Shown here: positions 48,840 to 59,453 of the stretch, in pieces
Layout: each line of letters begins with the position of its first letter
Position numbering within the stretch: position 1 is the stretch's first letter
Source of the DNA: an uncultured delta proteobacterium
GTDB lineage: Bacteria > Desulfobacterota > Binatia > UBA9968
DNA length: 64,000 bases
Assembly (NCBI GenBank): GCA_963745835.1
Contig: CAVUZH010000025.1
Span: forward strand, 1 to 64,000
Direction: 5' to 3'
The notes under the pieces: generated by a model
What the model was told of the DNA's origin: nothing
The model's database searches: none
Seen by the model: the letters and a program-made list of their open reading frames with translations, nothing else
Translations under genes and position numbers: made by a program

Positions 48840-50426
48840 TCAGCGCGGGTCATGCCCTAGTGGTTCTCGCAGTTTGAACCGTTGGATTTTGCCGGTAGCG
48901 GTTTTTGGCAGCTCGGGCACGAACTCGATCCAGCGGGGATAATTATGCGGCGCCAGATGCGTTTTTACGTGTTGCTGTAGTTCGGCAGTGAGTTCGGCTG
49001 TTTCCGTTACACCAGGGCGTAGAACAACGAATGCCTTGGGTTTGATCAGCCCGTTACCGTCCTCCTGGCCAACCACAGCGGCTTCCAGCACGGCTTCGTG
49101 CGAGACCAGCACTGCTTCCACCTCGAAAGGGGAGACCCAAATGCCGCTGACCTTGAGCATGTCGTCAGCACGACCACAATAGGTAAAAAAACCGTCTTCG
49201 CTCTCGATGTATTTATCGCCGCTCCTGGTCCAGGCGCCGAGAAATGTGTTGCGGCTCTTCTCGCGATTGTTCCAGTAGTACGCGGCGCTGCTGGGACCGC
49301 TGACCTGCAATTCGCCGAGCTCACCTTTGGCCACCTTGTTGCCGTCCTCATCGAGCAGCCGCACCTCATAACCCGAAACCGGTTTACCGGAAGTCCCGTA
49401 GCGCACGTCGCCCGGTCTGTTGGATAAAAAGATATGGAGCATTTCGGTGGAACCAAGGCCATCGAGAATGTCTACTCCGGTATGTTCGAGCCACTTCCGG
49501 CCGACGTTTGGCGGCAAGGCTTCGCCGGCCGACGTGCAACGTCGCAGGTTAAGCTCCGCGCGGTTGGGCAGTTCCGAACTCGCCAGAAGCGCGCCATAAA
49601 GAGTCGGCACGCCATAAAAGATTGTTGGCCGGTGCTGGCGCAGAATCCGGCAAACCGCAGCAGGTGTCGGCCGTTCCCCTAGCAAAACCGTGGTCGCGCC
49701 CACTGAAAGCGGAAAACTCAGCCCATTGCCTAGACCGTAAGCGAAAAACAATTTCGCCGCCGAGAATACAACATCGCTCTCCTCTATTCCCAAGATTGGT
49801 TTGGCGTAGAGCTCTGTGGTTGCAACCATACTGGTCTGAACGTGGACCGTGCCTTTCGGCGTACCTGTGGAGCCAGAAGAGTAAAGCCAAAAGCAAGCAT
49901 CGTCGGGCCGGGTCGGCGCGACGGTAAACTCGTTCTTCGCGCCTGCCATCAACTCTGCAAGCCGCGGCTCGCCGGAAGGGCTCGGGCCGGAGACCACAAC
50001 ATGGCTCAGGAACGGCTGTCCGGCCAGTATCGGTTTGAATACCGGTAGTAATGCGTCCGATACCACCAGAATGCGAGCGCGGCTGTCGCGCAGCATGAAA
50101 TCGTAATCGCCGCTGGTTAACAGCGTGTTCATCGCGACTGGAACGAGACCCGCCTTGATGGCACCAAGAAACACGCTTGGGAAATCCATCGTATCGCTCA
50201 GGCAGACCATGACACGCGACTCCAACGTCGCTCCCAGCTCACAAAGGGCATGGGCACAGCGATTTACACGCTCTGCGAGCTCGCTAAAGGTGTAACGGCC
50301 GTTGTCGTCGATGTAGGCGATTTTTTCAGGGCGCAGAGCGAGGTTGCGTTCAATCAAGTCGGCTGCGGCATTGTAGTAATGCATGTGATGACGAGCCGAT
50401 CCCGATCCATGTGAATTCTCAGCCAT
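48840..50426 (-). CDS. Benzoate-CoA ligase family protein
   Basis: YSSGSTGTPKG, AKLFFAYGLGN, DGLGSTEMLHIFLSN, PKTATGKIQRF. Confidence 0.93.
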   Translation of the reverse strand: MAENSHGSGSARHHMHYYNAAADLIERNLALRPEKIAYIDDNGRYTFSELAERVNRCAHALCELGATLESRVMVCLSDTMDFPSVFLGAIKAGLVPVAMNTLLTSGDYDFMLRDSRARILVVSDALLPVFKPILAGQPFLSHVVVSGPSPSGEPRLAELMAGAKNEFTVAPTRPDDACFWLYSSGSTGTPKGTVHVQTSMVATTELYAKPILGIEESDVVFSAAKLFFAYGLGNGLSFPLSVGATTVLLGERPTPAAVCRILRQHRPTIFYGVPTLYGALLASSELPNRAELNLRRCTSAGEALPPNVGRKWLEHTGVDILDGLGSTEMLHIFLSNRPGDVRYGTSGKPVSGYEVRLLDEDGNKVAKGELGELQVSGPSSAAYYWNNREKSRNTFLGAWTRSGDKYIESEDGFFTYCGRADDMLKVSGIWVSPFEVEAVLVSHEAVLEAAVVGQEDGNGLIKPKAFVVLRPGVTETAELTAELQQHVKTHLAPHNYPRWIEFVPELPKTATGKIQRFKLREPLGHDPR

Positions 50427-50681
50427 CGTCAGTTCCTCGCAATCGAGATTGTTCGGCTAACGCGCATAGCTTGCCAGCCATGGCTAGCATCATTTTTTAC
50501 TATGGAACGGCGGCAACCATCAAGACGGCTGTTGCCAGGTTGAAAATTTCGCCGAATGTGGGCTTGCGACGTCGCGCAATGATGAACAAAGATGCGCGAT
50601 GACCTGCTCCGATAGCATGCTAATCAAACGCGCATAATCTTTGGATCGCGCACTTCGTTCGTGGGCGCGATTAATGGTTCT

Positions 50682-51389
50682 CTACCCGATCAAATGCCGG
50701 CAAAAAAATTCCATGGCTTTGGGCCATGCCAAAGCCGCTGCATGGGGCCGGTAGTTGGCGGAACCGGCGTTGGCAAAGGCGTGAGCGGCGCCGGCGTAGG
50801 TGTGAAACTCGTGCGGCTTATTCCAGCGTGTGAGTTCGGCATCGAGCTTGCGCATGTCGTCGGGTGATGGGTTCTGATCATCCGCGCCGAAGTGTCCTTG
50901 AATCGGACAGCTGATCTCGCGGGTGCGATCAAATGGCGAGGGACCCTCGCCCAACGGCGTCATCGTGCTGCTGCCGTAAAACATCACAGCGGCTTTGAGC
51001 TCGCGAGTCGCCGCCGACATCAGATAAACGATTCGTCCGCCCATGCAAAAACCGACGATGCCTAAGCGCGCGCCGTCGACCTGGCGGTGGTTCTTCAAAA
51101 ACTGCAGCGCGCCGGTAATATCCGCGATGATATTGGGATCGCGCACTCTCGATTTTTTGGTCATGTTATCGTCTTTGCAATCCGGACCGTCGCGATGGTA
51201 CAGGTCCGGCGCAATCGCGGCATAACCCTGCAGCGCCAGCATGTGCGTCGTTTCTTTGATGAAATTTTCCAATCCCGACTGTCCGTGGACGACGACGATG
51301 CCGGGCACCGGGCCGCCCCGTTCCGGTACGCTAAGATAGAGCGGCATTGTGCTGTTCTCGACGGTAGTACTTTCCCATGAGCTGGTCAT
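50682..51389 (-). CDS. Dienelactone hydrolase family protein
   Basis: GFCMGG, YAGAAHAF. Confidence 0.9.
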   Translation of the reverse strand: MTSSWESTTVENSTMPLYLSVPERGGPVPGIVVVHGQSGLENFIKETTHMLALQGYAAIAPDLYHRDGPDCKDDNMTKKSRVRDPNIIADITGALQFLKNHRQVDGARLGIVGFCMGGRIVYLMSAATRELKAAVMFYGSSTMTPLGEGPSPFDRTREISCPIQGHFGADDQNPSPDDMRKLDAELTRWNKPHEFHTYAGAAHAFANAGSANYRPHAAALAWPKAMEFFCRHLIG

Positions 51390-51577
51390 GGCTCACCTCC
51401 GCTGTTCGTTGGTTATCAAAGGACCGAACGTCGCGATTATCTGGTTGTTGATTGTCGTCGGGTAAGCGCTTTCCTCAATAGTGCAGCACTCCATACCTGT
51501 CAAGCCAGATTGTCAATCCTTGCGGAGTGCTGCGCCTGTAAGTTAGAATCGAATACTTTCTAAGAGGGAGATTAATA

Positions 51578-51970
51578 ATGGACTTTGTCAACCTGGGCGA
51601 AAAACAATCCGAAGCGCGCGAAAACAAGAAGAGAAAGATCGACCTTTTCGGAACCGATAATTTCCGCTCCTGGATGCTCTACTTCGTTCCGGGTGACGGA
51701 ACGGACATGCATTATCATGCCAGCCCCGAGACTTTTCTCGTTCTCGAAGGATCGGGGACAGTCAAGGGCATTAAGGGCGACGAGCGACCAGTGAAGAAAC
51801 ACGACGTGCTGTTTCTTAGCGCAAAGGATTATTACCAGATTACGAACACTGGAACCGAGCCTCTGGTGCTGTTTGGCAATCGCTCTGAAGCGTTCGGCGG
51901 CGCGCACATCCTTGCCGACGGCAAGGATAGAAACCAAGCCGAAAGTCGAGCGACTAGTTCCGCGACCTAG
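51578..51970 (+). CDS. Cupin domain protein
   Basis: MHYH...ETFLVLEG, ITNTG.EPL. Confidence 0.85.
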   Translation: MDFVNLGEKQSEARENKKRKIDLFGTDNFRSWMLYFVPGDGTDMHYHASPETFLVLEGSGTVKGIKGDERPVKKHDVLFLSAKDYYQITNTGTEPLVLFGNRSEAFGGAHILADGKDRNQAESRATSSAT

Positions 51971-52036
51971 GCGCAATTGACAAACCCGGTGTCGGTGATT
52001 ACTTTAGCTGTTAACCTATTTAACTGAGGAATTAGC

Positions 52037-52381
52037 ATGCCTGTCTATGAATATGAGTGCCAGAAATGTGGAACTTTTGAAACGACGCAGAGAATTACCG
52101 ACGAACCATTATCCAAGTGTCCGACTTGTAAGGGAAAGGTGAAGAAGCTGATCTCAAACACATCGTTTCAGCTTAAGGGCACGGGCTGGTACATCACCGA
52201 TTACGCGCGCAAGGGTAAAGATGCCCCTAAGACCGAGAACGGCGCAAGTTCGTCATCGTCAGAATCCAAAAGCGATACTAAGGAATCGAGAAGCGAGGGC
52301 AAAGAATCAAAAACCGAGAGCAAGAAAGAGCCCGCTCCAGCTAAATCCGAATCTTCGTCCACATCCACGACTACCACCTGA
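52037..52381 (+). CDS. FmdB family zinc-ribbon protein
   Basis: [11 protein letters not shown]...CPTC...[13 protein letters not shown] with a Ser/Lys/Glu-rich tail. Confidence 0.92.
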   Translation: MPVYEYECQKCGTFETTQRITDEPLSKCPTCKGKVKKLISNTSFQLKGTGWYITDYARKGKDAPKTENGASSSSSESKSDTKESRSEGKESKTESKKEPAPAKSESSSTSTTTT

Positions 52382-52415
52382 CGACGCACGTACTCCGATC
52401 GAGTAAGTTTTCACC

Positions 52416-52446
52416 AACGCCGCGCTCATAATTAGCGCGGCGTTTT
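52416..52446 (+). terminator. Rho-independent terminator
   Basis: AACGCCGCGCT-cataatt-AGCGCGGCGTT-TT. Confidence 0.75.
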
Positions 52447-52620
52447 AGCTTCCGTGAATTGTTGCAATCTGTTGAAGGGCTTGCCCCGTGCCGGTGCTTG
52501 ACTGCCGCCATTTTGGCGCTCAATTATTTCTTCCAAACAAGTCATCCTTCCCTGGATTTGTGAGTTGATTTTGGCTATAGCTGGGCCATCCACAAACACA
52601 CTCGAAAGGAGAGAACTAAG

Positions 52621-53355
52621 ATGGCTCAAACCGTAGACAATATCGTTGATCCGAATGATGCGAGTCTCACGTCGGAGATGGTGCAGTTTCCTGGTAATGC
52701 GGGAAATGTCAGCGCCTATGTTTCGCGACCCAAGGATGGCAAGAACTTGGGAACGGTTATAGTGATTCATGAGAACAGGGGGCTAATCGGTCACATCAAA
52801 GACGTCGCCCGACATTTCGCCAAAGAAGGCTTTGCGGCGATAGCGGTGGACTGTATGGGGCGCATTGGCGGTAGCGATCAATACAATGGCAGCGACGAGG
52901 CCACCGAAGCTATCAAGAAAGTAAACGGTGGTATGGTCGCGGAGGATCTGAGCGCGGCTCTTAATTACATGAAGAAGCAGAGCTACGTGAACGGCAAGGT
53001 AGGCGTTGTTGGTTACTGCTGGGGTGGCGGTCAGTCGCTAAATTTTGCCACAAAAAATAAAGACCTAAACGCCGCTGTGGTTTATTACGGACGCAATCCC
53101 GATCCGCTCGATTCAGTGGCAAATATTCCCTGTCCGGTGATGGGCAATTACGCTGAAGATGACCCGAACATCATGCCGGGCGTTGAACCGTTGAAAGCCG
53201 CGATGCAAAAGGCGGGAAAGTCATTCGATGTTAAGACTTACCCCGGGGCGAAACATGCGTTCAATAACAACACCAACGCTGATCGCTATAATCCGGAAGC
53301 GGCCAAGGATGCCTGGGCAAGAACAGTCAATTTTTTCAAGAAGAACCTGGCTTAA
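52621..53355 (+). CDS. Dienelactone hydrolase family protein
   Basis: HENRGL, GYCWGG, YPGAKHAFNN. Confidence 0.92.
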   Translation: MAQTVDNIVDPNDASLTSEMVQFPGNAGNVSAYVSRPKDGKNLGTVIVIHENRGLIGHIKDVARHFAKEGFAAIAVDCMGRIGGSDQYNGSDEATEAIKKVNGGMVAEDLSAALNYMKKQSYVNGKVGVVGYCWGGGQSLNFATKNKDLNAAVVYYGRNPDPLDSVANIPCPVMGNYAEDDPNIMPGVEPLKAAMQKAGKSFDVKTYPGAKHAFNNNTNADRYNPEAAKDAWARTVNFFKKNLA

Positions 53356-53376
53356 TCGACCGAACGTAAGCTGATG

Positions 53377-53425
53377 AACGGCACGTGGCCCCCATCTCAA
53401 AGATGGTGGTTGCGTGCCGTTTTAT
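53377..53425. terminator. Hairpin between convergent genes
   Basis: AACGGCACG...CCATCT-caa-AGATGG...CGTGCCGTT followed by a T-rich tract. Confidence 0.65.
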
Positions 53426-53757
53426 TTTGGCTCGCTGAGTTCGGGCCGATCGCCGATGGCTTTACGCGCCACGGTGGGGGTTATGAAGTAAGGACCTTCA
53501 GTGGTGTCGCGCCAGATCTGCCTCGTCAACTCGGCATTACCCCCTGTTAGCACGAAGGATAAAGCTCCGCTGACCATTCCCATGGAAACGGAGATCGCTT
53601 TGGCCGGAAGGAACACGAGGTTGCCAGCTGTCACGCCAACATCGACAGCGGCTATTTCAATTGCCTCGTCCGCGTTGAGAATGAATGGCGAGAGGCTGAC
53701 GATGAATAATGCGGCGGCAACAGTCAGATGGCGAATGGTTTTGGCGGTTTTCGGCAT
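53422..53757 (-). CDS. Hypothetical exported/membrane protein
   Basis: Signal-like N-terminus and hydrophobic core. Confidence 0.65.
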   Translation of the reverse strand: MPKTAKTIRHLTVAAALFIVSLSPFILNADEAIEIAAVDVGVTAGNLVFLPAKAISVSMGMVSGALSFVLTGGNAELTRQIWRDTTEGPYFITPTVARKAIGDRPELSEPK

Positions 53758-53758
53758 T

Positions 53759-54199
53759 CTAACCTCGCATGAAAAGCTTTGACCGGATTGCATTGACTCC
53801 GTGCGTTGGGTTCCAGTAACGGCGCAGGCCGAAATAGTAACAGCAGCTATCGTTATCGAGATCGTTGTTAAAGCAGCGCAGTGTGCCGTCTTGAAAGCGA
53901 ATCCGGGCGAGACAGGTGCCGCCGGGCACCGAAGAAGTCATACATTCCATCACCACACCGATCCCCCAGTGTTCATAGCGAAGATGCGTGACTTCGTCGC
54001 CAACGCCCAGAAAAAGCCGTTTTCTTTCCTTAAAAATTGAACTCTCTTCAGGGCGATTTTCAGGAATGGTGGGAGCAAGTTTTACTGTCGAAGACGGAGG
54101 CGGCGTTTTTGATGGCTGCTCTTGCTCGGTCTGGGTATAATTTTTACGTCGTCGAGCGGGCTTCCTCTGTGTCGCTTCGTTCTTCTCAGTGCGCTTCAC
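53759..54199 (-). CDS. Hypothetical protein with DUF3553-like beta domain
   Basis: GDEVTH...WGIGVV...RIRFQDG resembles DUF3553. Confidence 0.55.
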   Translation of the reverse strand: MKRTEKNEATQRKPARRRKNYTQTEQEQPSKTPPPSSTVKLAPTIPENRPEESSIFKERKRLFLGVGDEVTHLRYEHWGIGVVMECMTSSVPGGTCLARIRFQDGTLRCFNNDLDNDSCCYYFGLRRYWNPTHGVNAIRSKLFMRG

Positions 54200-54532
54200 A
54201 AAAATTCCTTTAGCTTCAAAACATCCTTAAAGAATTGCTCCTCGCTCAATTCACCCCTTCATATTCACCAAAATGCAGGGTGACAGTCAAGCTCTCAAAT
54301 TCTGGCTAGATCAGGATAAGACTCCGGTCGTAACTAAGTTGACACCGAAAGGCGCGATCAGTATGAAGGCGAGAGGGCGCAGGCTCCTTTATAGATTTTT
54401 TTGCGGCTGAACGTTTGCGACGAGATCAACTCATAGCATTGAAGATCAACCGCAGGGTGTCATTGCGAGCCGCGCCAGTGAACGTTTTTGAATTAAGCGA
54501 TAGACACTAGGTTAAGGAAATAATCCATACTT

Positions 54533-55465
54533 ATGCCTAACCAACACACGCCTTGCGGTATCGAGCTTCCTCAAGTTTTTTTCGATGGTCCCACGGATAT
54601 GGAACACATTCGCAGGTTCGCGATGCAAGCGGAGACGCTGGGTTACGACAGCCTATGGCTGCAGGAGCGGATCATCGGCGACTTCACGATGCTCGAACCC
54701 GTGACACTGCTGAGCTATGTCGCCGGGATCACAACCAAATTGAAGTTGGGCACATCGGTCATTCTGTTGCCGCTGCGTAACCCGTTGCAATTAGCCAAGG
54801 CGTATTCGAGCTTGGACGTGATGAGCGGCGGCCGCGCGGTGATGGGTGTCGGGCTCGGCGGCGGCCATCTCGGATCTCATGAGGATGTTTTTGGCTACAG
54901 CCGTGAAGGGCGAGTAACCCGCTTTAACGAAGCAGTGCAGATCATGAAGCTTCTTTGGACGGAGCCGACGGCGAGTTTTCAAGGCCGTTATTGGAACTTC
55001 AAGGAAATCTCCATGGAACCCAAACCGCTGCAAAAGCCGCACTTGCCGATCATCTTTGGCGGCCATCACGACAACGCGCTTCGGCGGGCGGTGGAGTCCG
55101 CCAATGGTTGGATGGGCGCAGGATCGTCTTCTTCCGCATCCTTCATTCGCGAGGCGGCGCGTATTCGTATCTTCTTAGACCAGGCGCAGCGCGATCCGGC
55201 TAACTTTCATTTCGCCAAAAGAGTCTATCTCGCAGTCGACAAGGACAGCGCTCGCGGCGAGAAGCGTATTCGAGAATGGTTTGCTCGACGTTACAAAAAC
55301 GCTGATTTGGGACCCAAGGTCTCGATCTGGGGTAGCAGCGTCGAATGCGCCGAAAAAATTCAAGAGATCGTCCACGCCGGCGCGCAGCACATTGTCTTTA
55401 ATCCCATGTTTGATGAGATGGAGCATTTGGAAATCTGCGCCAAAGAGATCATGCCACATTTGTGA
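54533..55465 (+). CDS. LLM class flavin-dependent oxidoreductase
   Basis: AETLGYDSLW, LGTSV, SLDVMSGGR, PKPLQKPH. Confidence 0.92.
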   Translation: MPNQHTPCGIELPQVFFDGPTDMEHIRRFAMQAETLGYDSLWLQERIIGDFTMLEPVTLLSYVAGITTKLKLGTSVILLPLRNPLQLAKAYSSLDVMSGGRAVMGVGLGGGHLGSHEDVFGYSREGRVTRFNEAVQIMKLLWTEPTASFQGRYWNFKEISMEPKPLQKPHLPIIFGGHHDNALRRAVESANGWMGAGSSSSASFIREAARIRIFLDQAQRDPANFHFAKRVYLAVDKDSARGEKRIREWFARRYKNADLGPKVSIWGSSVECAEKIQEIVHAGAQHIVFNPMFDEMEHLEICAKEIMPHL

Positions 55466-56012
55466 ATGAGATTAACGCAGAGAAAATGATCGCAACCAGG
55501 TCGGAATTTCTCGCGTAAAGGCGTAAAGACGCCAACTAAAGAGGAGTCTCACCAGGACGACGAGTCGGTCTCTATTCTCCCGCTGTTTTTGAAAATTGGC
55601 AAAAGTTGGCGGTGACTCTTCGGGTTAAGGGCTTGTCAGGACGCCCGCGGTTATATGCCACATGTCAGTTGATAATGCGACCTGTGAACGGATTCGTGCG
55701 CCTTTCTTAGCCCGGGTGTGTGGTTCCGGTCGACCGCAAGCTTTCGGACGTGAAGCCGCTCGGGGCGTGCGCAACGTCATATCACATCTGCTGCCCGAGC
55801 CAGCTCCTGCGAGGGTGCAAAGCACTTCGCTCTCGCAAAGAGCAGGCTTCTAAAGGTCTTTGACTTTCAAGAGGTCAAGCAAATCGATTGCGTCCTGTGC
55901 AGCGCGCCGCGCAATTCCTTTTACTTGAGTTTTGATCCTTGCTTACACAAGATGGGATGCGATAGAAGCGACCCATCTGATACTCGACTCGCATGAAGGG
56001 AGGAATATAGAC

Positions 56013-57127
56013 ATGTCAAAAAATGGGTTTCGCGCCTTCGACAGCGATATGCATGTCTTCGAGCCGGCCGATTTGTACACGAAGTACATGAATCCCAAAT
56101 GGGGCGAGCGCATTCCGCGCGGCCAGCCGCGCACAAAGCATGGCATGACGCGCTATTTTTTAGGGAACGGCAAGCCGATTCGGCCGCCGAGCGACGTGGT
56201 GGATTTTCATGAAAGCCGCATGGCCGATCGCTTCAAGGAGTCGCTGGCGCGGGATTACGACAATATTTCTCAACTAGCCGCCATGGATAAGGAAGGTTTG
56301 GATATCGCAGTCCTGTTTCGCACTTCACCGCTCCACACCAACGAAAATTTTGAGCCGGAGTACGCCAACGATCTGTGCAAGGCATGGAACGATTGGATGG
56401 TCGATTTCTGCAAAGCGGACTCCAGGCGTCTCAAAGGATCAGCGTTGATTACGCTCCACGACGTTAATCTTGCCGTGAAAGAAGCTCAAGCGTACGCGTA
56501 AAGAACGGCGCAGTCGGTTTGTCGCTTTGTCCGGAGCCGATCAACGGCCGGCAGATTCACGATCGTTACTTCGATCCGCTATGGCGCGAAGCGCAGGAAA
56601 TGAACATTCCAATCTGTTTTCATCCACCGGCGCGCCCGCAGCAGCCGCAGGTGTCGAAAGATCGCTTCGAAGGCCATCCCAATCAGGCGCTTTTGGTCAA
56701 TCCGCTGCGCAATCCGATCGAGCAAATTCTGGCGGTCAGCGCCTTCACTGCCGGCGGTGTGTTGGAACGCTTCCCTAAACTGAAAGTGGCTTTTCTCGAA
56801 GGCAATTGCAGCTGGTTGCCGTGGTTGCTTTATCGGATTGATGAGTATTGGGAGATGCAGGGCGCGATGGCAGACATTCCTTTACGCAAGAAGCCCAGTG
56901 AGTATTTCAAGGAGCAGTGTTTTATCTCTGTGGACGTGGATGAGGGGCTGGTCAAGAACGTGATCGATTATTTGGGCGACGACAATATCGTCATTTCCAC
57001 CGACTACCCGCACATCGACTGCCGCTGGCCGCACGCGCTCGATGAGTTTCTGATGACGCCGATCAGCGAGCAATCAAAGAAAAAAATTCTCTGGGACAAT
57101 TGCGCGCGGCTGTACAATCATCATTAA
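56013..57127 (+). CDS. Amidohydrolase_2 family protein with a frameshift near 56487-56500
   Basis: FDSDMHVFEP in the first ORF; FHP, FLEGNCSW and STDYPH in the second; halves are collinear with the paralog at 58176. Confidence 0.8.
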
Positions 57128-57152
57128 CCAATCGATCGCGGAGGAACTCGCT

Positions 57153-58109
57153 ATGTGCCGTTCCGCATTCTGTGCAACTCTAACTTTGGGCATTTTGCTG
57201 TTCGCATGTCAGACCAGCATCGCCCAAACCCGCCTGCGCGCGTCTTACGGTTCCCTGGCAGTATCGCAAGTGGTTTTGCCCTTGGGGGTCCGCGCTGGCA
57301 TCTTTCAGAAAAATGGCCTTCATCTAGAACCTATCTATATCGGTGGCCGATCCGTCTCCGCCCTGATCAGCGGCGATGTGCAATTCGGCTTCATGGGTGG
57401 TCCGCCAGCGATCCTCGCGCGCGTCAGTGGTGGCGATGTAGTCATGCTTGCCGGGCTGAATGGTCTCGATCAGATTCTTGTCGCTCTGCCGATCATCAAA
57501 CGCGGCGCCGATCTGGTCGGTAAACGGGTCGGCATCAGCCGTTTCGGCACTACGGCGGATTATGGCGCTCGTATCGGGCTCAAGAAGCTGAAGTTGCAGG
57601 CGCAAAAAGATGTCACGTTAATCCAGATCGGCGACACTCCGGCGCGCATCGGAGGTATGTTGTCGGGGGCCATTGAGGCGGCAACCTTGAACAGCAGTGA
57701 AAAGGAGCTGGCCTTCAGGAATGGCTTTCACATCCTGGCTGATCCGAGCGATGTCGAATTTCCCGGTAACGCAATCGTGACCACGCGGGCATTTATGAAA
57801 ACAAACAGGGAGGACGTGAAGAGATTCGTGCGCGCTTTGGTCGAAGTCATTCAGTTTGCGAAAACTCAGCCTGAGCGCGGCAAAAAATTGCTGCAAGAGA
57901 TTTACCGCCAGAATGACGCGGCAGTGATTGCAAAGCGTTACGAGGCCATGGTGGAGATGTTTCCCGACTATCCTTATTTGACTAAAGGTTCGGTGCTGTC
58001 ATTCCTGGAAATACTGCGCGACGAAGGGAAACTGAAAGATCCGCTTTATCCTGAGCCATTTCTCGATACAAGCTTGTTGTCGGAAGTGGAGCGGGAGCGA
58101 AAAAAATAG
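57153..58109 (+). CDS. ABC-type substrate-binding protein, NMT1/SsuA family
   Basis: GIFQKNGL, ALISGDVQ, GKRVGISRFGT. Confidence 0.85.
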   Translation: MCRSAFCATLTLGILLFACQTSIAQTRLRASYGSLAVSQVVLPLGVRAGIFQKNGLHLEPIYIGGRSVSALISGDVQFGFMGGPPAILARVSGGDVVMLAGLNGLDQILVALPIIKRGADLVGKRVGISRFGTTADYGARIGLKKLKLQAQKDVTLIQIGDTPARIGGMLSGAIEAATLNSSEKELAFRNGFHILADPSDVEFPGNAIVTTRAFMKTNREDVKRFVRALVEVIQFAKTQPERGKKLLQEIYRQNDAAVIAKRYEAMVEMFPDYPYLTKGSVLSFLEILRDEGKLKDPLYPEPFLDTSLLSEVERERKK

Positions 58110-58175
58110 ATGGTTCAGGAGTTCAAGGCGAAGGTATGATCGGAGCGCTTCAGCTTGAACTTCGAACGGAAGGTG

Positions 58176-59312
58176 TCAGCCTTCGATCCCGTAAAATTTG
58201 ACGCAGTTATCCCACAATATCTTCCTGCGACTGTCCGCCGGCATCTCTTGATGAAAAAACTCCTGGGTGGCTTTGGGGAAGTCCGAGTCGCTGTGCGGAT
58301 AGTCGCTGGAGAAAACCAGATTGTCGTCGCCGATCAATTGGCAGACGTTGCCGATATCTGCTTCGTCGCCTTCGCAGCCGATTACGCACTGGCGTTGGAA
58401 ATATTCACTGGGCTTCATCGTCAGCAGCGGCGCGTCATGCTTGCCGAGCTGTTGCCAGTGCCGGTCCATGCGCTGCAGCCATGAAGGCGCCCAGCCGCAG
58501 TTGCATTCCAGGAAAGCGACTTTCAGTTGCGGAAACCGTTCCAACACACCGCCGACGATCATATCGACCATGGTGACCATTTGCCCGGTGACATGGGTAC
58601 AGATGTGGCGCAGCAAGCGGTTGCCTACGCCGAACCGTTCAAGATGTGGGTAGTGTCCTGAGTTGGTGCATTCATGAAAGCCGACGGTCATGGCTGTCTC
58701 TTCCAATTCCGCCCAAAGAGGCTCCCAGTAGACGCTGAACCAAGTCTGACCCGGCAACGGCGTCGCGCGCAGAAACGCGCTGACGAAGCCGAGCTTCTCC
58801 CGCGCGCGGCGCGCTTCGCGCACGGCCAAGGAAACATCGTGCGGCGGCAGTAGCGCAGCGCCGAAGAGCCGCCTGGGATTTTCCCGGCAAAAATCATAGA
58901 GCCAGTCGTTGTAGGCGCGGCAGATCGCTTCGGCGAGCAGCGGGTCCATGTCCGGCATCGTCATGATGTGCAAACAGGCGGTGGGGAAGAGCACGGCTAC
59001 ATCGATGCCTTCGATATCCATCGCTTCGAGCTGCGACTTGGCGTTGAAGTTCTGCTTGCGCGCGAAGTCGATGACGTCGCCGCGGGTGTTATTCCGCTTG
59101 CCGCTGATCATGCGCACGTCATGCGCCAATGTCGGACTGTTTTGACGCGGTTCTTTACCGTCGACCATCAGCAGGTTTAAATCGCCGCGCGTAGGTACGC
59201 GCACCGGCCGGGGCGCGCGCTCTTTGAAACGCGGGTCGATGTATTTTTCCCAAAGATCCAGCGGTTCCATGATATGCATGTCGGAGTCGATGATCTTGAA
59301 TCCATTCTTCAT
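58176..59312 (-). CDS. Amidohydrolase_2 family protein
   Basis: MKNGFKIIDSDMH, FHE, FLECNCGW, SSDYPHSD. Confidence 0.9.
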   Translation of the reverse strand: MKNGFKIIDSDMHIMEPLDLWEKYIDPRFKERAPRPVRVPTRGDLNLLMVDGKEPRQNSPTLAHDVRMISGKRNNTRGDVIDFARKQNFNAKSQLEAMDIEGIDVAVLFPTACLHIMTMPDMDPLLAEAICRAYNDWLYDFCRENPRRLFGAALLPPHDVSLAVREARRAREKLGFVSAFLRATPLPGQTWFSVYWEPLWAELEETAMTVGFHECTNSGHYPHLERFGVGNRLLRHICTHVTGQMVTMVDMIVGGVLERFPQLKVAFLECNCGWAPSWLQRMDRHWQQLGKHDAPLLTMKPSEYFQRQCVIGCEGDEADIGNVCQLIGDDNLVFSSDYPHSDSDFPKATQEFFHQEMPADSRRKILWDNCVKFYGIEG

Positions 59313-59453
59313 TGGTCTTCCCCACTTCGAAATGACGCCGTTTCGGTTATTTCCAACTACAACTAGCGCGGCGGCGCTGTCAACCATTACCTTGACATGA
59401 GTGAACCAGGAGTAATAGAAATTCGCGCAGCGAGTCACTAGGGAGTCGGCACG

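Noticed and set aside
55500-55930. Possible ncRNA or small ORFs in a long intergenic gap, with a hairpin near 55803-55846
   Set aside because: No recognisable family, RBS or second copy in the window
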